Below the pieces are notes generated by a model. That model was not told where the DNA came from and did not search any database. It saw only the letters and a list, made by a program, of their open reading frames with translations. A program made the translations under genes and the position numbers. A stretch of DNA of 64,000 nucleotides from contig ML996703.1 of NCBI GenBank assembly GCA_010356995.1, positions 1 through 64,000 on the forward strand. Reading direction: 5' to 3'. Source of the stretch: Trichodelitschia bisporula. Its lineage: Eukaryota. Below are positions 36,701 through 49,020 of this stretch, piece after piece (within the stretch, counting starts at the first letter, position 1; every line of letters begins with the position of its first letter).

Positions 36701-38217
36701 TCACCAAAAGGCGCCCTTGCCTTTGGCTTTGGCTTTACTCCCTGGCCGGCGCGGGTGCGGACATACTTCTTCTTCGGCATATGCCTTATACCGCGCCAGC
36801 AAGTCCGTGTGGTACAGCCCGCCCGGTGCGTCCGCGTCGTCGAGTTTGCGCTGCGGGGAGAAGGCGAAGTGCACGCTTATAGCCGTGCCATCGACCACCA
36901 CATCTACCCTTGTCAGCATCTCGTAAAACAGAAAAAAAGAGGCCCAACTCACGCCTCCCCAGTTCCCTAGGTTTCGCCCGCGTGAGGTATTCCTCGTCGT
37001 CGCCAGTGGGGAACGGCATGGCATCCACGATATCGTCGCCCCAGAAAGCGATGAAATTGATGCTGAGGCGGTAGTAGTGGTAGTCCCAGAGATTAAATTT
37101 GTACCTCCAGAGTTCGCCGCGCTCCAGGTGGTGCAAGAAGGAGTAGTGCGTTTGGGCGGCGACGGCCCAGTCGCGCCAGCTGGGGCCGAAGGCGTCGTAG
37201 GTTAGTGCGCCCGCGGGGGTGTCGCTTATGTCTCGCCCTGGGGGGGAGGCGTGCGGTGTGTTGAAGGTGCGGTGGGGGAGGGGGAGCCACCTGTGCCCGG
37301 GGAAGGGGGCAGGTTGGCTGCCGTTGAAGATGAAGGAGGGGGGGCCGGTCCAGTGGGGGAGTTCGGAGGCGCGCCAGGATTGGGGTTGGTGCGAGGGGTT
37401 TGGTGGGGGGGTTAGTTCCTGGTACTGTTAGTTGGGTTTGGGGGGGGGGGGGAAGCGAAGGGGATGTACTGGTAGATACGGCTCGTAGACACCGAGTCCG
37501 TAGTGGATCCAGCTCAGGGCGGGATTGTTGACTGAGTTTGCTGATACGGCGAAGTACTGCGGGTTCTCGATCATGCGCTTCGACAGCGCGGCAATGGCGT
37601 CGTCTTCGAAGTATAGCACGTCGTCGTCGATCTTGATATACAGATTCCCGCGCTTCACCGCGCCCCATGTGCCCACGAACGAAAAGCCCTCGTACGGCTC
37701 CGTGCTCTCGAATCTCGTATATCGTGGCGTAGTCGCTAGTAACTCGTCCAGGTAGTCCAGGTCCGGCTGCTTGTCCGTGTGCACGCTGAAAATGACCTCG
37801 TCAAGCAAGCCGCCATTATCCACCAAATTGCGCTGCGTTCGTCAGCCCCATTCTTTCCCAAGACCTAGATCCCAACCCAAACATCCCTAACCCACGAGCC
37901 CCACATACCTTGAGATAACAATCCAAAACCTTCACAAACTCCGCCCGCCCATAAAACACAAGCCCCACTATCCTGAGCCCCGCCGGCTTGACCCACGCCT
38001 GCAGCGCCTGGCTACTCGGCTCGCCCACATGGCTCCCGGGCTGGAACGCTGGTCTTGCGGGCGGCGGCGCCGCGCGGAACAGGCGCGGCGGGCCGTAGTC
38101 GCTGGCTACGGAGGCGAAGAGGAGGAGCAGGCTGGCGAGAGCGCAGGCGGCGAGGGTCCAGCGCGCGGCGGGGGAGGTGGCGAGGGTGGAGAGGGAGAGG
38201 GAGCGCGAGAGGAGCAT
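36701..38217 (-). CDS. Type II membrane putative glycosyltransferase (uncharacterised fungal family), 4 exons
   Basis: Exons 38217-37909, 37832-37470, 37418-36953, 36903-36701. N-terminal TM; IVGLVFYGR...LDCYLKRNL; YIKIDDDV (DxD-like); VSANSVNNP; GDDEEYL; VHFAF. Confidence 0.8.
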
Positions 38218-39625
38218 GGCTCACGCGGGGACTTAGGTCGTGTGAGTGTAGGGCATTGAGGGGGGGAGATGCGAGGTGGCCGTTGATGTTGTGCGCGGTG
38301 AAATGTGCGGTGGGTGCGGGTGCGGGTGGGTGGTGGGACGGAGGGCGGAGGGGCTCCTATTTCGTGGGGGTTGGCGGGAGGGAGGACGGGTGTGTTGCGG
38401 ATGCGGATGGGAGATGGAGATGGAGGTGGTGGGTGAGCGCGTTGGGTGAAGAAGGAGGGTGGAGAGGGGAGTGATGTTGGAATCTTTTCGTATTCGGCGC
38501 GGTTTGATGCCGTTATCTCTTCTGCGATGCGCCAAACATGGCGCGGGAGAAGGGGGGGCGCAAAGGCTCTTGGCTGACTGGCGGGCTTACGGGCGCGGCG
38601 CTGACCGCCAAGGGGGTTCGGATGATTTTGCTCACCGTGGACTTTCCAGTGGTCCGATGGGAGTGCAGCCCGAGAAGGATCGCGGAACGATGGCTGAAGG
38701 ATTCGGACATAGTGATTCCTCTTCTATTTTCCTTCGCGAGGCCAGAAGCGAGGCGTAGTTTTATATTGAAGTTGCCCCAAAGCGTCTAGATTGACCACAA
38801 GGCCGAGGTGGATCCCTGAGGCCATCTCGTCAACCAAGCCCAACTAAAGAACCCCTGGACCCTGGATCGTTTCCTTTTTGGGGTGATGGGTTGGGGGGTT
38901 TGGAATGGATTCGGCAATGGCAAACGGCCCCCATAAATAATGTGGTTATCTCACGGGCTTTCAGTCAATCATCACCGATTCACTACAGTATAGTCAACAT
39001 CTGGACTCGAGCTGACAACAAAAACAGTGTTTCTGCCTTCAATTCCCGGGCCATCGGTCTCTCCATCAAGCACGGAAGCTGCCGTTACATGGTGGATCCC
39101 ATTTTATATCACGTGGTGCTACACCACGACGTGTCGTCTCGTCCTCATCTCGAAACCTCTCTCGACCTCATCTCTTCCCCAACCTCTCATCGCCACTAGA
39201 ACATCTCACAACGAACTACTGCATCCCAACCATATCCCAACATGGCAGCTGTCAGGATCTCGCCGCTGCATCTCGCCGTTTGGAAACGGCCAGACCTGCA
39301 CACATCCGCAGCGTTCCCGTCTTCTTCCAACCCGCACATCGGCTAGTCCCGATGCCTCCAAACCCGACCAAAGCGATTGGCCGCTTACGTCCCACACCGT
39401 AGTAATGGTCCTCCCGACCGGTGGCACGAAACCGGTGTCCCGCAGTATTTGCAACCTGTAGACCAGTTCACAGCGCACCCAGTACCACAGACCCAGGCGC
39501 AAACGGAGTCCTGAGCCGAAATGAGCTGTGCTATCGCCCCTCTTAACCACCTTCACACCATATAATGGTGCACCGGTCTGCTCCGGCGCTGCTACTCCTT
39601 CAGGTTTTCCAAGGATACGCAAAAC

Positions 39626-41647
39626 ATGCTTGCTTTGTCTCTCATTCTCTTCCTCCCGGGGCTCGCGTCTTCGCGGGTTCAGAGGCCAACGTCGCAGCGG
39701 GGTTTGGCTATTGCCCCTGATACAAGCACCCCGTTGTGGTCGTTGTCACCGGATTCGACCACTTCCTCTGATACAAGCACCCCATCGAGCATTGTCATCC
39801 CAGAGTCAGACACTGATGCTTGCCCCCGAAGCTCGGCCGAGCTTGTCGACTGCGCGCCTAACGCTGCCTCCGCCGGCTACTATGTGGAGAGCGACTGCAT
39901 CTGCACCTCGGGTTTCTTTGAGGACGCTCTGGAGTGCATCTTCACCTACACGGGGGAAGACCTCGAGACCGCGGAGGAGGACTTGCTCAACGATCTAGAG
40001 AAGTCCGGAAACGACCCGTCTGAGCTCGAGCCGACCGAGTCCGACCTTGAATGGATTCCACTCTCCGTGGATGTATATTACGACAATATCTGCAGTGATT
40101 CGCCGAACAGACTGATTAGCGTTCCGGACCTCTTCAACGGCATGTTCGCCATGGTGCCGCCGGCTGCCAGGAAGAAGATCCACCCGAACAAACTCCAGCG
40201 GCGCTACGCTCCCTTGCCCAGCTCTGAAGGTTTGTCGTCCTGACATCAATGGCGCTTGCTGACCATCACAGAGAGCCCTGAGGCAACCGAGTCGCCCTGC
40301 ACTCTGTCCCTTCCAGGCGGACCAGGCAGTTCGCCAACAGCTGCCACCCCACCGAAGAGTCCTTCCCCTCCCGTGCCGACGGCAAGCAGTCCATCAACCG
40401 GGTATCCACTCTCCCCGAGCGCGTCTCCCCAATCGCCATCGCCATCGCTATCTATCCCCTTCTTCGGATCAGGTCCACCACCCCCCCACTCCATAATCCT
40501 ATCAAGCTTCTCAGCCCGCATATCCCTCTCTTCAGCCCTATCAGCCGCAAGCGCCGCCTCCTCAGCCTTGTCAGCAGCAAGCGTAGCAGCCTCGTCCGCA
40601 GTCAGCAGCCTCACAGCTATTCCGGTCTCCGAATCCCCAGCAGGTGCCGGCGGCTTCTCGCCTGTGACCGGCCCGGCTGCTCCCGAGTCAAGCCCGTGCA
40701 CGTCCTCCTCGGCATTTCCGGCACCGCCCGCGTCGGCTGCCCCCTCGGCAAGTCCGCCCGCGTCGGCTGCCCCCTCGGCAAGTCCGCCCGCATCGGCCGC
40801 TCCCTCGGCAAGTCCGCCCGCGTCCGCCGGTCCCTCGGCTTCTCCCCCCGCAAGTCCTCTAGGCTCCCCATCCGCCGTCGGTGGAAGCCCGCCGATCTCG
40901 CCCGCCTTGGCATCTTACCCGGCGTCCGGCAGCCCCGTGCCGGCGCCAAGTTCCGCGCCAGCGGGTGCAGCTCCCGCGGGTGTTCCTTCGGGGAGTGCAT
41001 CGGGCTCAGCACCGGGGAGCAGCTCGGTTCCCGCGAGCAGTTCCGCGAGCTCGGCTCCCGCGAGCAGCCCAGCTGCAGTCCAACCATCCAGCTCAGCACC
41101 GGGCAGCGCCCCGACCGGCAGCGCGGCGGAAACCGTCTCGTGTTCTACGTTCACTGTCACCGTGTCTGGCACGTCTTCGCCAGCCGGCGTTGCCCCACTG
41201 GCTGTCGTCGCTTCATCAGCTGCCAGCGCCTCGTCGGTTGCCAGCTCCTATTCCTCAGCTGCCAGCCCTGCTTCGCCCTCTGCCAGCGCTGCCTCACCGT
41301 CCAGCCCCGCCTCATCCCCCTCCAGCCCCGCACCCGCCGCCGTCTTCGGATCGCCAGGAATGATAACCGGCCCGGCACCCTCGAGCGCCTACCCGCCCAA
41401 GTCTTCCAGCTCCGCCGGGCCTGCCAGCTCACCCCACAGCCCCCCCGCCTCCAGCCCCGCAGCCCACTCCGGCTACGGCGCCGAGTCGCCAATCAGCGCA
41501 ACAGACGCCGACGCTACAAACACCGCGGATCCCTCGTCCACGACCACCGCCTCCGCTGCCGAAGTGGCGACCGGCGCGGCGGCTCGCCGCGCGGCGCCCG
41601 GGAGCAGGTGGATTCTTGCCGCGGCGGCGGTGGTGGCGATTGTGTAA
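39626..41647 (+). CDS. Secreted, probably GPI-anchored Ser/Pro/Ala-rich mucin-like protein with acidic Cys-containing N-terminal domain, 2 exons
   Basis: Signal peptide; intron 40230-40271 joins the two ORFs in frame; PPASAAPSAS repeats; C-terminal small residues plus hydrophobic tail (TGAAARR...WILAAAAVVAIV). Confidence 0.85.
40724..40852 (+). repeat. Intragenic 30-bp tandem repeat (PPASAAPSAS x~4)
   Basis: CCGCCCGCGTCGGCTGCCCCCTCGGCAAGT repeated with few changes. Confidence 0.9.
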
Positions 41648-42401
41648 GGGGGGGGGGGCGATATTCGGTATGAAGCTAGCTTTTTACGCCTGCCCAATGC
41701 GATCGGTGCGCCTGATGGGCGGGGTGTGCGCTTTTGTAATTTGGTTCTTTCTACGATGGTAATGCCCCTGGGGCTTAGGCTTAATACAGTTTCGGATTTT
41801 TTGCGTATGCACGATTGCGATTGCGATGAGAGTGCGATGGGCTTGCCGACTACCGACCAAGTGCGTGACGAGCATACGTCGTTTCCCAGTCGTTACACGT
41901 CGTTCTCCAAGCGAAGTTTCGGAACTTCCAGGGTAGTACGGAAGCGAAACAAGCAAGTCACCCCGCCCGCTACACGCCAATGGCAGACCCACCCGCCTGC
42001 TCGTTCAGGCACCTCAAGCCGGTTGCAATATAAGCGCGGGGCCGTGCGGTATCGCAGTAGATTAAGCCCCGATCGCAGCCCAGCGCGCCCATTCGCCCCT
42101 CCCATCTCGTCCGATCCGATGCGCTTCCATAATCCCTGCGCACATCCGCACTTTGCCTGCTTTTAGACCCCCGCGTGCACATCGGTGCTCGGCACGCGGT
42201 GCGCGCGAGGCTGTATGCGAAACGCAGGTCCACCAACCACCTTATCAACGCACAACACTCACAGCTCAACATGTTTTTCAGACTGATGAGCGGGGGCAGA
42301 TGACCGCGGATGGGTTGCTGGGGAGGGTATATACTCCCCGCGTTTTCCGATGGCTTGAAGGCGCAACGAAACTCTTACGCTCCTTACGCCAGAACTTCAC
42401 G

Positions 42402-43559
42402 ATGAAGGCTTCGCTCGTTGTATTCCTCGCCGCCGCTGTGGCCGCCGTGCCGCAGAGAGGCCTCGGTGGTGGCGGCCTCCCCGTTGTCAGCACGAAGACT
42501 CTGACCCCGAAGCTGCGGGCAAATGCGAAGCGCGTGGCCGTCAAGTACGGGCCCTTTGAGCTGCTGGCCAAGGACGTGAGTGCCCCTCCCACCTCCTTCA
42601 TCAGGATCGAGACCAGCTCGCTGACGCCCCGCACCGGCAGGCCAAAAAGTCACCCGGCTCCATGGACCCGAAGGGCCAATCGGGAATGTCGACCCTCAGC
42701 GGCGGTCTCTGCGGCGGGTGCACCGTTCTGTCCGCCCACTACGGTCTCGAATACCCGGACGGCAAGGAGGCGAAGCCGGAAAGCGGGGTGTACATCCACC
42801 ACCTCGTGTCTTACGACACGTCCAAGCAAGCTCAAAGTCCGATTGGGGACTGCAATGGCGGGAGTGGCATTAAGATGCCGTTTGGCGCCCAGTTCGTTGA
42901 CCGCGGCGAGGATTCCGGAGACACCGCGACGACATTTGCCTCAGCGGATCCGAGTTCCAATAGCGGGTATCATATGAGCGCGAAGGCGAAGTTGATTGTG
43001 CAGCATGATCTGGTGAATTATGAAAATACGGCCAAGAAGTTGTATATTGTGCTGGATTATGAGTACCTCCCGGGGCTGCAGGGGAATGATGCGGGCGCGA
43101 CGCTGAAGTCGGTTACGGGTATGTTTTTCTTCCACCTCTTAGTGTGGTTCCTAGGCACTCGCTGACGCGCATATAGCCTGTGGTGTTGGTGGCCCGAAGG
43201 TCGATCCCAAGGCGCGCGCGGTCACGACGGGCAAGCCGATGGCGGTGACCGCCGACGCAACCGTCACCTGGGCGCGCGGGCACCTGCACGCCGGCGGCGA
43301 GAAGATGGAGTTGTTTGTCAACGGGAAGCACACCTGCGACAGCCTGCCCAAGTACGATGCGCAAGGGGTGATCACGACGATGACCCTGTGCCCGCAGCCG
43401 ATTAAGCTTAAGAAGGGCGATACGGTTAGCATCAATGCTGTGTATAATTTGCCGAAGTACCCTCTGCGGAAGAGTACGGATGGGCATGGTGCGGCGCACG
43501 GGGTGCTTGGGGGAAGCGATGTCATGGGCATGTTTGCCATGACGTATGAGAAGGCATAG
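42402..43559 (+). CDS. Secreted ~344-aa protein with PHM/DBH-like (type II copper monooxygenase-like) motifs, 3 exons
   Basis: Exons 42402-42575, 42641-43118, 43177-43559. Signal peptide; VYIHH, RGHLHAGG, PIKLKKGDTVSINAVY, GGSDVMGMFAMTY. Gene structure is solid; the function is inferred. Confidence 0.75.
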
Positions 43560-43718
43560 TTTTCGAGTCGTACTGCCTTGTTTCACCAGTCAATTGAATT
43601 GATATTGCGCCGGGTGTTTTCCGCCGCTTGAGTCACTTACCTGACCTGATGACGGGATGGGAAGATTGGTGAGAGGTGTTTGTGGAACTTTTAAGCGGGA
43701 ATCTTGCGGCTTCGAGAT

Positions 43719-43865
43719 AGGAGGAGCATAGCTTGACGCCTGTAATGACTACTGTATGAAGTGGAAGACGATAAGAAGAAGAAGGAGAGGAGGAGCATAG
43801 GCTTGACGCCTGTAATGACTACTGTATGAAGTGGAAGACGGTAAGAAGAAGAAAGAGAGGAGGAG
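43719..43865. repeat. Near-perfect ~70-bp tandem duplication
   Basis: GCTTGACGCCTGTAATGACTACTGTATGAAGTGGAAGACG at 43731 and 43801, with matching flanks. Confidence 0.95.
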
Positions 43866-45063
43866 GGAGTCAAAGACGCTCGAGAGAAAATATGTCGTGG
43901 ATGCCCAGTATCCTCCGATGCTCCTGCCTCCCAGACGTGCCTGCCTCCCGTTGTGCGCACATTACGTCATGTGTGTCTTACGTTGGCATGTCCCTTCCCC
44001 AGGAGTGAAATGCTCCTTCCAACGGTAGGAATGATGCCTTGATGCCCAGTAGACCTCAGCTGTCTACGCCACAGGACATGCGCCTCTACTGTACCAGTAG
44101 ACACATCCTTCCGTCTGCCATGCCACAACCGTTCCGCGGATAGGTTCCGCGCCTGGCGATGCTTCCGTGCTCTTATGTCCAGAAAACATGCCTAAGCCTA
44201 AAGCTTATCTCTGCAAATCAGCGGATTCGGTATCAGATTAGGCGACTATTGCTAATGGCAGCGAAGAGATCCCCCACGCCGAGGCCGAGTCGCGCGATCT
44301 TCGGCAAGGAATCCGTTGGAAATGAGCTCGGCCCGGGGATACAGACATCGCCGGGAGCAAATTGCGGCCTCTCGACCTCACCTCATTATACCATGAGAGC
44401 CGAGCCAGCCATCAGCGTTGGACACCACACGGTAACTCACTCACCCGGAGCTAATTCCGCCCCTTCAATCCAACTCAACCTTCACTCTCCAGCCCTAATC
44501 CCCGGAGTCTTCCCCCAAACCAGGCTCCAGACCCCGTGACGCAGCCTCGCGCCCTGTGCAAATTTCCGCCCATAGCACGCCCACCCCTGACCTCATATAC
44601 CCCACGCCGCCACCAGCACTCTTCACCAAGCACATCGGAAGGAAGACCCAGTCCCACCCGCTCCTCCGCCGTGTAAAAAATTGCCTTTCTTTCGAAGGCA
44701 TCACACCGGACACTCACGCGGCGTCCGCTCCAGCCCCCCATTTCCCTCCTTTCCTCCGGTAATATCTCATTCGCCATCAGCGCGTGCCGAACTCGGGGCT
44801 AGCAAGAGGAACCCACTCAATCTCGCACACATACTCGCGGCACGTGGCCGGAGGATGGCAGCATAGCAGGAAATGTTAGGTAAACACCGCGTCCTAACCC
44901 GCTTCTAGCCTCGCTGGCAATGAGTGTTCCGGGGCCGAGACCCGCGAGGCGGGCGGTAAAAGGCCGCGGACGCCCAGCGGTGCTCGTCTCAGCTTGCCTT
45001 TTTGCTCTTTGATCGACTGCGGCTCTTTCGTGTTGTGCGTCTTTCCCTTACCCACGAGCGGCA

Positions 45064-46603
45064 ATGAGAGCGTCCCTCGGGCTGCTGTGCCTCGCGCATA
45101 TCGCCCTCACCGTTGCCGTCCCTCCACCTCCTCCGCATATGCCGCCTAAATTCCCATCCCATATCCCGCTGGCTAAATCAGCTTCTCCTCCCGTATCACC
45201 TCATACACAACCTCCACCTCCCAATCCCCTCTCGAACACGCAACAGCTCCCCTCACCCCCTCCATCCTCAACCAACGCAACAGCCTTCCCCAATGCCTCC
45301 CTCCTCCCCCCACCATCCACCCCACCAACACCAGACCAATCCCTCCCCGAAACCGGCGACAACGGCCAACCAGGCGGCATCTTCGGCGGTCCAGCTGCAG
45401 GCCTCTTCAGCCTCTTCGCCGGCGACCAGCGCGCGCCCACAAACCAACCACCAAGTACTTCCCCACTGCCCTCTCAACCCCCCAACTGACGTCCAGAAAA
45501 ACATCACGCAAAGCACCCCAGCCCCCGCCGGCACCGCGGACCCCGCCCCCCCTCCCCTCCCATCCCAGTCGCCCAAAACGCCACCCTGTCCAGCACCCTC
45601 ACAGCCCTACTCTCTGGCGCCCACATCGCCCCGCTAATCTCCGGCCCCGAATTCAGCGCCACGCTGGCACACATGACGGCCGCCGACCTCGCGCACCCCG
45701 GGACAGGCCCATACCCAGCCGGGCCCTTCACCGACGCCACCCTGCCCGGGCACACGATCTTCGCCCCGCTCGTCCCGCCACCGGTGCGCGTCCTCATGCC
45801 CGTCTTCCTCTGGGCCGGAGCCGGGTGCATCCGCGCGGGATCCCTATATGCCCCATTCTTGAGTGAGATCGCGAGCCACGGGTACCTAGTCATTGCGACG
45901 GGCAACCCGCTGCCGCCGGTGACGGTTGAGAACGGGACGCTGGGCTGGCAGGCGCTGAGCCGGGCGCTGGCGCAGCCGGCGAGTCACCCAGGCGATCTGA
46001 GCGCGGCGCTAGAGTGGGTGGTCCGGCGGCGACCTACGCGGTTCGGCGGCGTAGATAGCCAGGCGATTTTGATGGGGGGGCATAGTTGTGGCGGGTTGGA
46101 GGTGTATAGTGCTGCGTGGAGGGAGGCGAGGGTTAGGGGCCTTATGTTGTTTAATAGTGGGACGTTGGATGTTAGGACGAGGGCGCTGTTGGCGGAGGAG
46201 AGGGTGCCGGTTGCTTATTTTACTGGCGGGAGGACAGATGGGGCGGAGGGAAATGTGAGTCACCCTTTCGTTGACTAGAGTGATGGAGCTGATGAGTTAG
46301 GCCGAAGCCGATTACCGCGCTCTGCCTGAGGGTCTGCCGGCGTTCAAGGCTAGTCTCGACACCGGGCATGCCGGAACGTTGTTCTCGCGGAATGGGGGGA
46401 AGTATGGGAAGGCGGCGGTCGAGTACCTGCAATGGCGGGTACGGGGGATCTCGCGGGCGAAAGATGCGTGTCTGCGCCCCGACTCACCGGGGAGCCTAGT
46501 GGGCGATGGATGGAGGGTAGGATTCAAGAACTGGCTCCCGACGGAGAAGGTGGGCGACTCGGAGGAAGATGACGAGGAAGAGGGCGAGCCGGCGGCGCGG
46601 TGA
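45064..46603 (+). CDS. Secreted alpha/beta-hydrolase (chlorophyllase/polyesterase-like architecture) with long Pro-rich N-terminal region, 3 exons
   Basis: Introns 45455-45496 and 46255-46300. GTGPYPA, FLSEIASHGYLVIATG, GHSCGG nucleophile, FNSG, GGRTD and DTGHAGT give a plausible Ser-Asp-His triad. Confidence 0.85.
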
Positions 46604-47708
46604 GCGGGTCGAGAGCGGGGTCGGTTTAGCGTATCGTAATTCGGCCAGTGGGCGGGAGCTGGCCGGCGTTAGCAAACTTAATCATCTAAGCTTTTATCGC
46701 TGTGAGAAGGAGCTCGAGCACCATACCGCCGGAGATCATACCTCGGATTTACAGATCGGCAAATGCGATCTAGAAGCCCGCCCATCAGCCCACATTATCG
46801 CCGGACTCATACGCACCCCCCCCCGCATATGACATCTCACCCCACGAAAACATGGGCGGTACGTGCGAGAGGAAAGAGCAGACGGCGTGTGCGGACTGAG
46901 AAGTTGATAAGCCTACCGCAAGATCCTTGGTATATCCTCTCACCTGCACGGCGTGAAGGTTTATACCGCGGTCTTTCTCTACCGCGATGATGGGGACGGG
47001 GATATGATCAGGTTATGTGCCCGGAGATGAGACGGTGTCAAGGACGGATCTAGATTCAAGTAAAACTAGACATCCGCAAAGGTTGCGGTGTAAAGTGAAG
47101 ATGGAGATAAAGACAATGAAAGGAAGAGATTTGAGAGGTTCACCAAAATAAAGACATGATGTCCTCTGTAGCTCCCTCCTTCAACCATTCGTACGCCATC
47201 GGTACCTGCCTCAGTCATGCGCACGTTACCACCAAGTTCGCCTTCCTTTGACAGCCACTGCCCACAAGGGTGGTATGTTCTTTCCAACGTAAATGCTGCT
47301 TATACGAGTAAACATACCTGCCTTGATGCCCTATCCCGTTTATATGACCTCCATCTTCGTGACGAGGCACGGGGTTGCGAGTGGCCAATAGGTAAACAGC
47401 TGAGAAGCAGTTACAACGGCCGTTGTCTTGCGTCCGTTGCTCTTGTACGAGTGAACCGAGGATGCGGTGAGCGTAACGTTCGAGATAGATGCCCGTGCGC
47501 GGGCTTCAAGGTGCTGAAATGAGATAAGCGACGGACATGTGTGGGGACGCCCCTGTAGATGAGGGTTGAGGCGGGGGATCTGCCAGGGATCGGCTGGGGA
47601 TCCGGGGAGGGCCGCCAACACGTGATACCGGACGAAGCATCGACAGTTCAGCCTTGCGGGGTTTACCTCCGTTCATGCTTCTTATTGTCCTTGAAGATAG
47701 TATCATTA

Positions 47709-47756
47709 CCAATCCAATCCAATCCAATCCAATCCAATCCAATCCAATCCAATCCA
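47709..47756. repeat. (CCAAT)9 microsatellite
   Basis: Nine perfect copies plus a partial one, about 290 bp upstream of the cutinase ATG. Confidence 0.95.
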
Positions 47757-48045
47757 TGCCAGCCCATGCGAAATCCCTACATTTGGCCATTGTGTGGCAG
47801 TTCAATTCAACATCCCAATCAAATTATCTTTTTGTGTCTCCTCCGCTCCGCATCCCCACTCTCTCGAGCGTTATGCCTTGTCCACGCGCACTGAGCGCCT
47901 CAATGTCTATATCAACACTCTCGGAGGATGGAAGAGGGAGTGAAAGAGTACATAAGCCACACCGCAGCTTCTCCTCCCACCTCCAGCCCCAACTGTCCTT
48001 CACTCGTCAGTCGCTCATTACCGGCCCGCCCATCCATTCTCAGCC

Positions 48046-48893
48046 ATGAAGTACACCAGCCTCCTCTGCCTCGCCAGTCTCGCCAGCGCCTTCCCCGCGC
48101 TTCTCTCACGGGACAGCTGTGACATCGGCTTCGTCTTCGCACGGGGCTCGATGGAGCCGTCGCCAATGGTGCGGGCCCCTCTCTTTCCAGCCCAAAACTA
48201 ACCGCACCATAGGGCATGCTCATCGGCCCGCAACTCGAATCCGACCTCAAAAAGGCATTCCCCAAAACCCTAACAACCTACCCCGTCCTCTACAGCGCCT
48301 CCCTCCTCACCAACCTCTCCCCCGCACGCACCGACCAAGCCAGCATCGACAAAGGCCTCGAAGCCTTCCGCAAAGCCGCCTCATGCCGCATCATCATCGC
48401 CGCAGGCTATTCCCAAGGCGCAGCCGTGATGCACAACGTCGTGAGCTGGAAAGGCCTGGACTCCGCGCTCAAGAACAAGATCGCCGGCGTCGCGCTCTTC
48501 GGCGACACGCGCAACCAGCAGGACAAAGGGCATATACTGAATTTCCCGGCCGAGCGGAGTAAGGTCTGGTGCACGCCGAGTGATGGCGTGTGTGGCGGGC
48601 AGTTGAATGTCAATGCGGCGCATTTGAGCTATAGCAATGGCATTATCAAGGAGGCGGCGGATTGGCTGAAGGCGTCGGTTGCGAATATGAAGGGCGGCGA
48701 GGCTCCCGCTGCGGCTCCAGCGGAGTCACCGACTGAGGCGCCTACTGAGGCTCCAGCTCCGGGGAAGGCGGCGGCAAAGGGGGCCCCGAGAGCCGCGAAG
48801 GGTTCGGCTGCGAAGGGAGGCGCTTCTTCGGCGTCGTCCACGTCGAAGGGCGGCATGGCGGGCATGAGCGGCATGAGCGGGCATGGCCACTAG
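48046..48893 (+). CDS. Cutinase (CE5) with Ala/Pro/Ser/Gly-rich tail, 2 exons
   Basis: Signal peptide; FVFARGSME; intron 48169-48212; GYSQGAAV; VALFGD; CTPSDGVC; AHLSY. Confidence 0.95.
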
Positions 48894-49020
48894 GGTGCCG
48901 AGGGTTGCGGAGTCTTCTTGCCGAGTTGCACTGCAGCGGCAGTATATACTGGCAGCCGAATTAAATGCTCATTCGTCTGCACGTATGTTGTGTGCAGCCC
49001 ACTGGAGCTTTCTCAGTGCA

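Noticed and set aside
47217..47522. 101-aa Cys-containing ORF as a candidate effector
   Set aside because: No signal peptide, weak codon bias, no convincing upstream exon.
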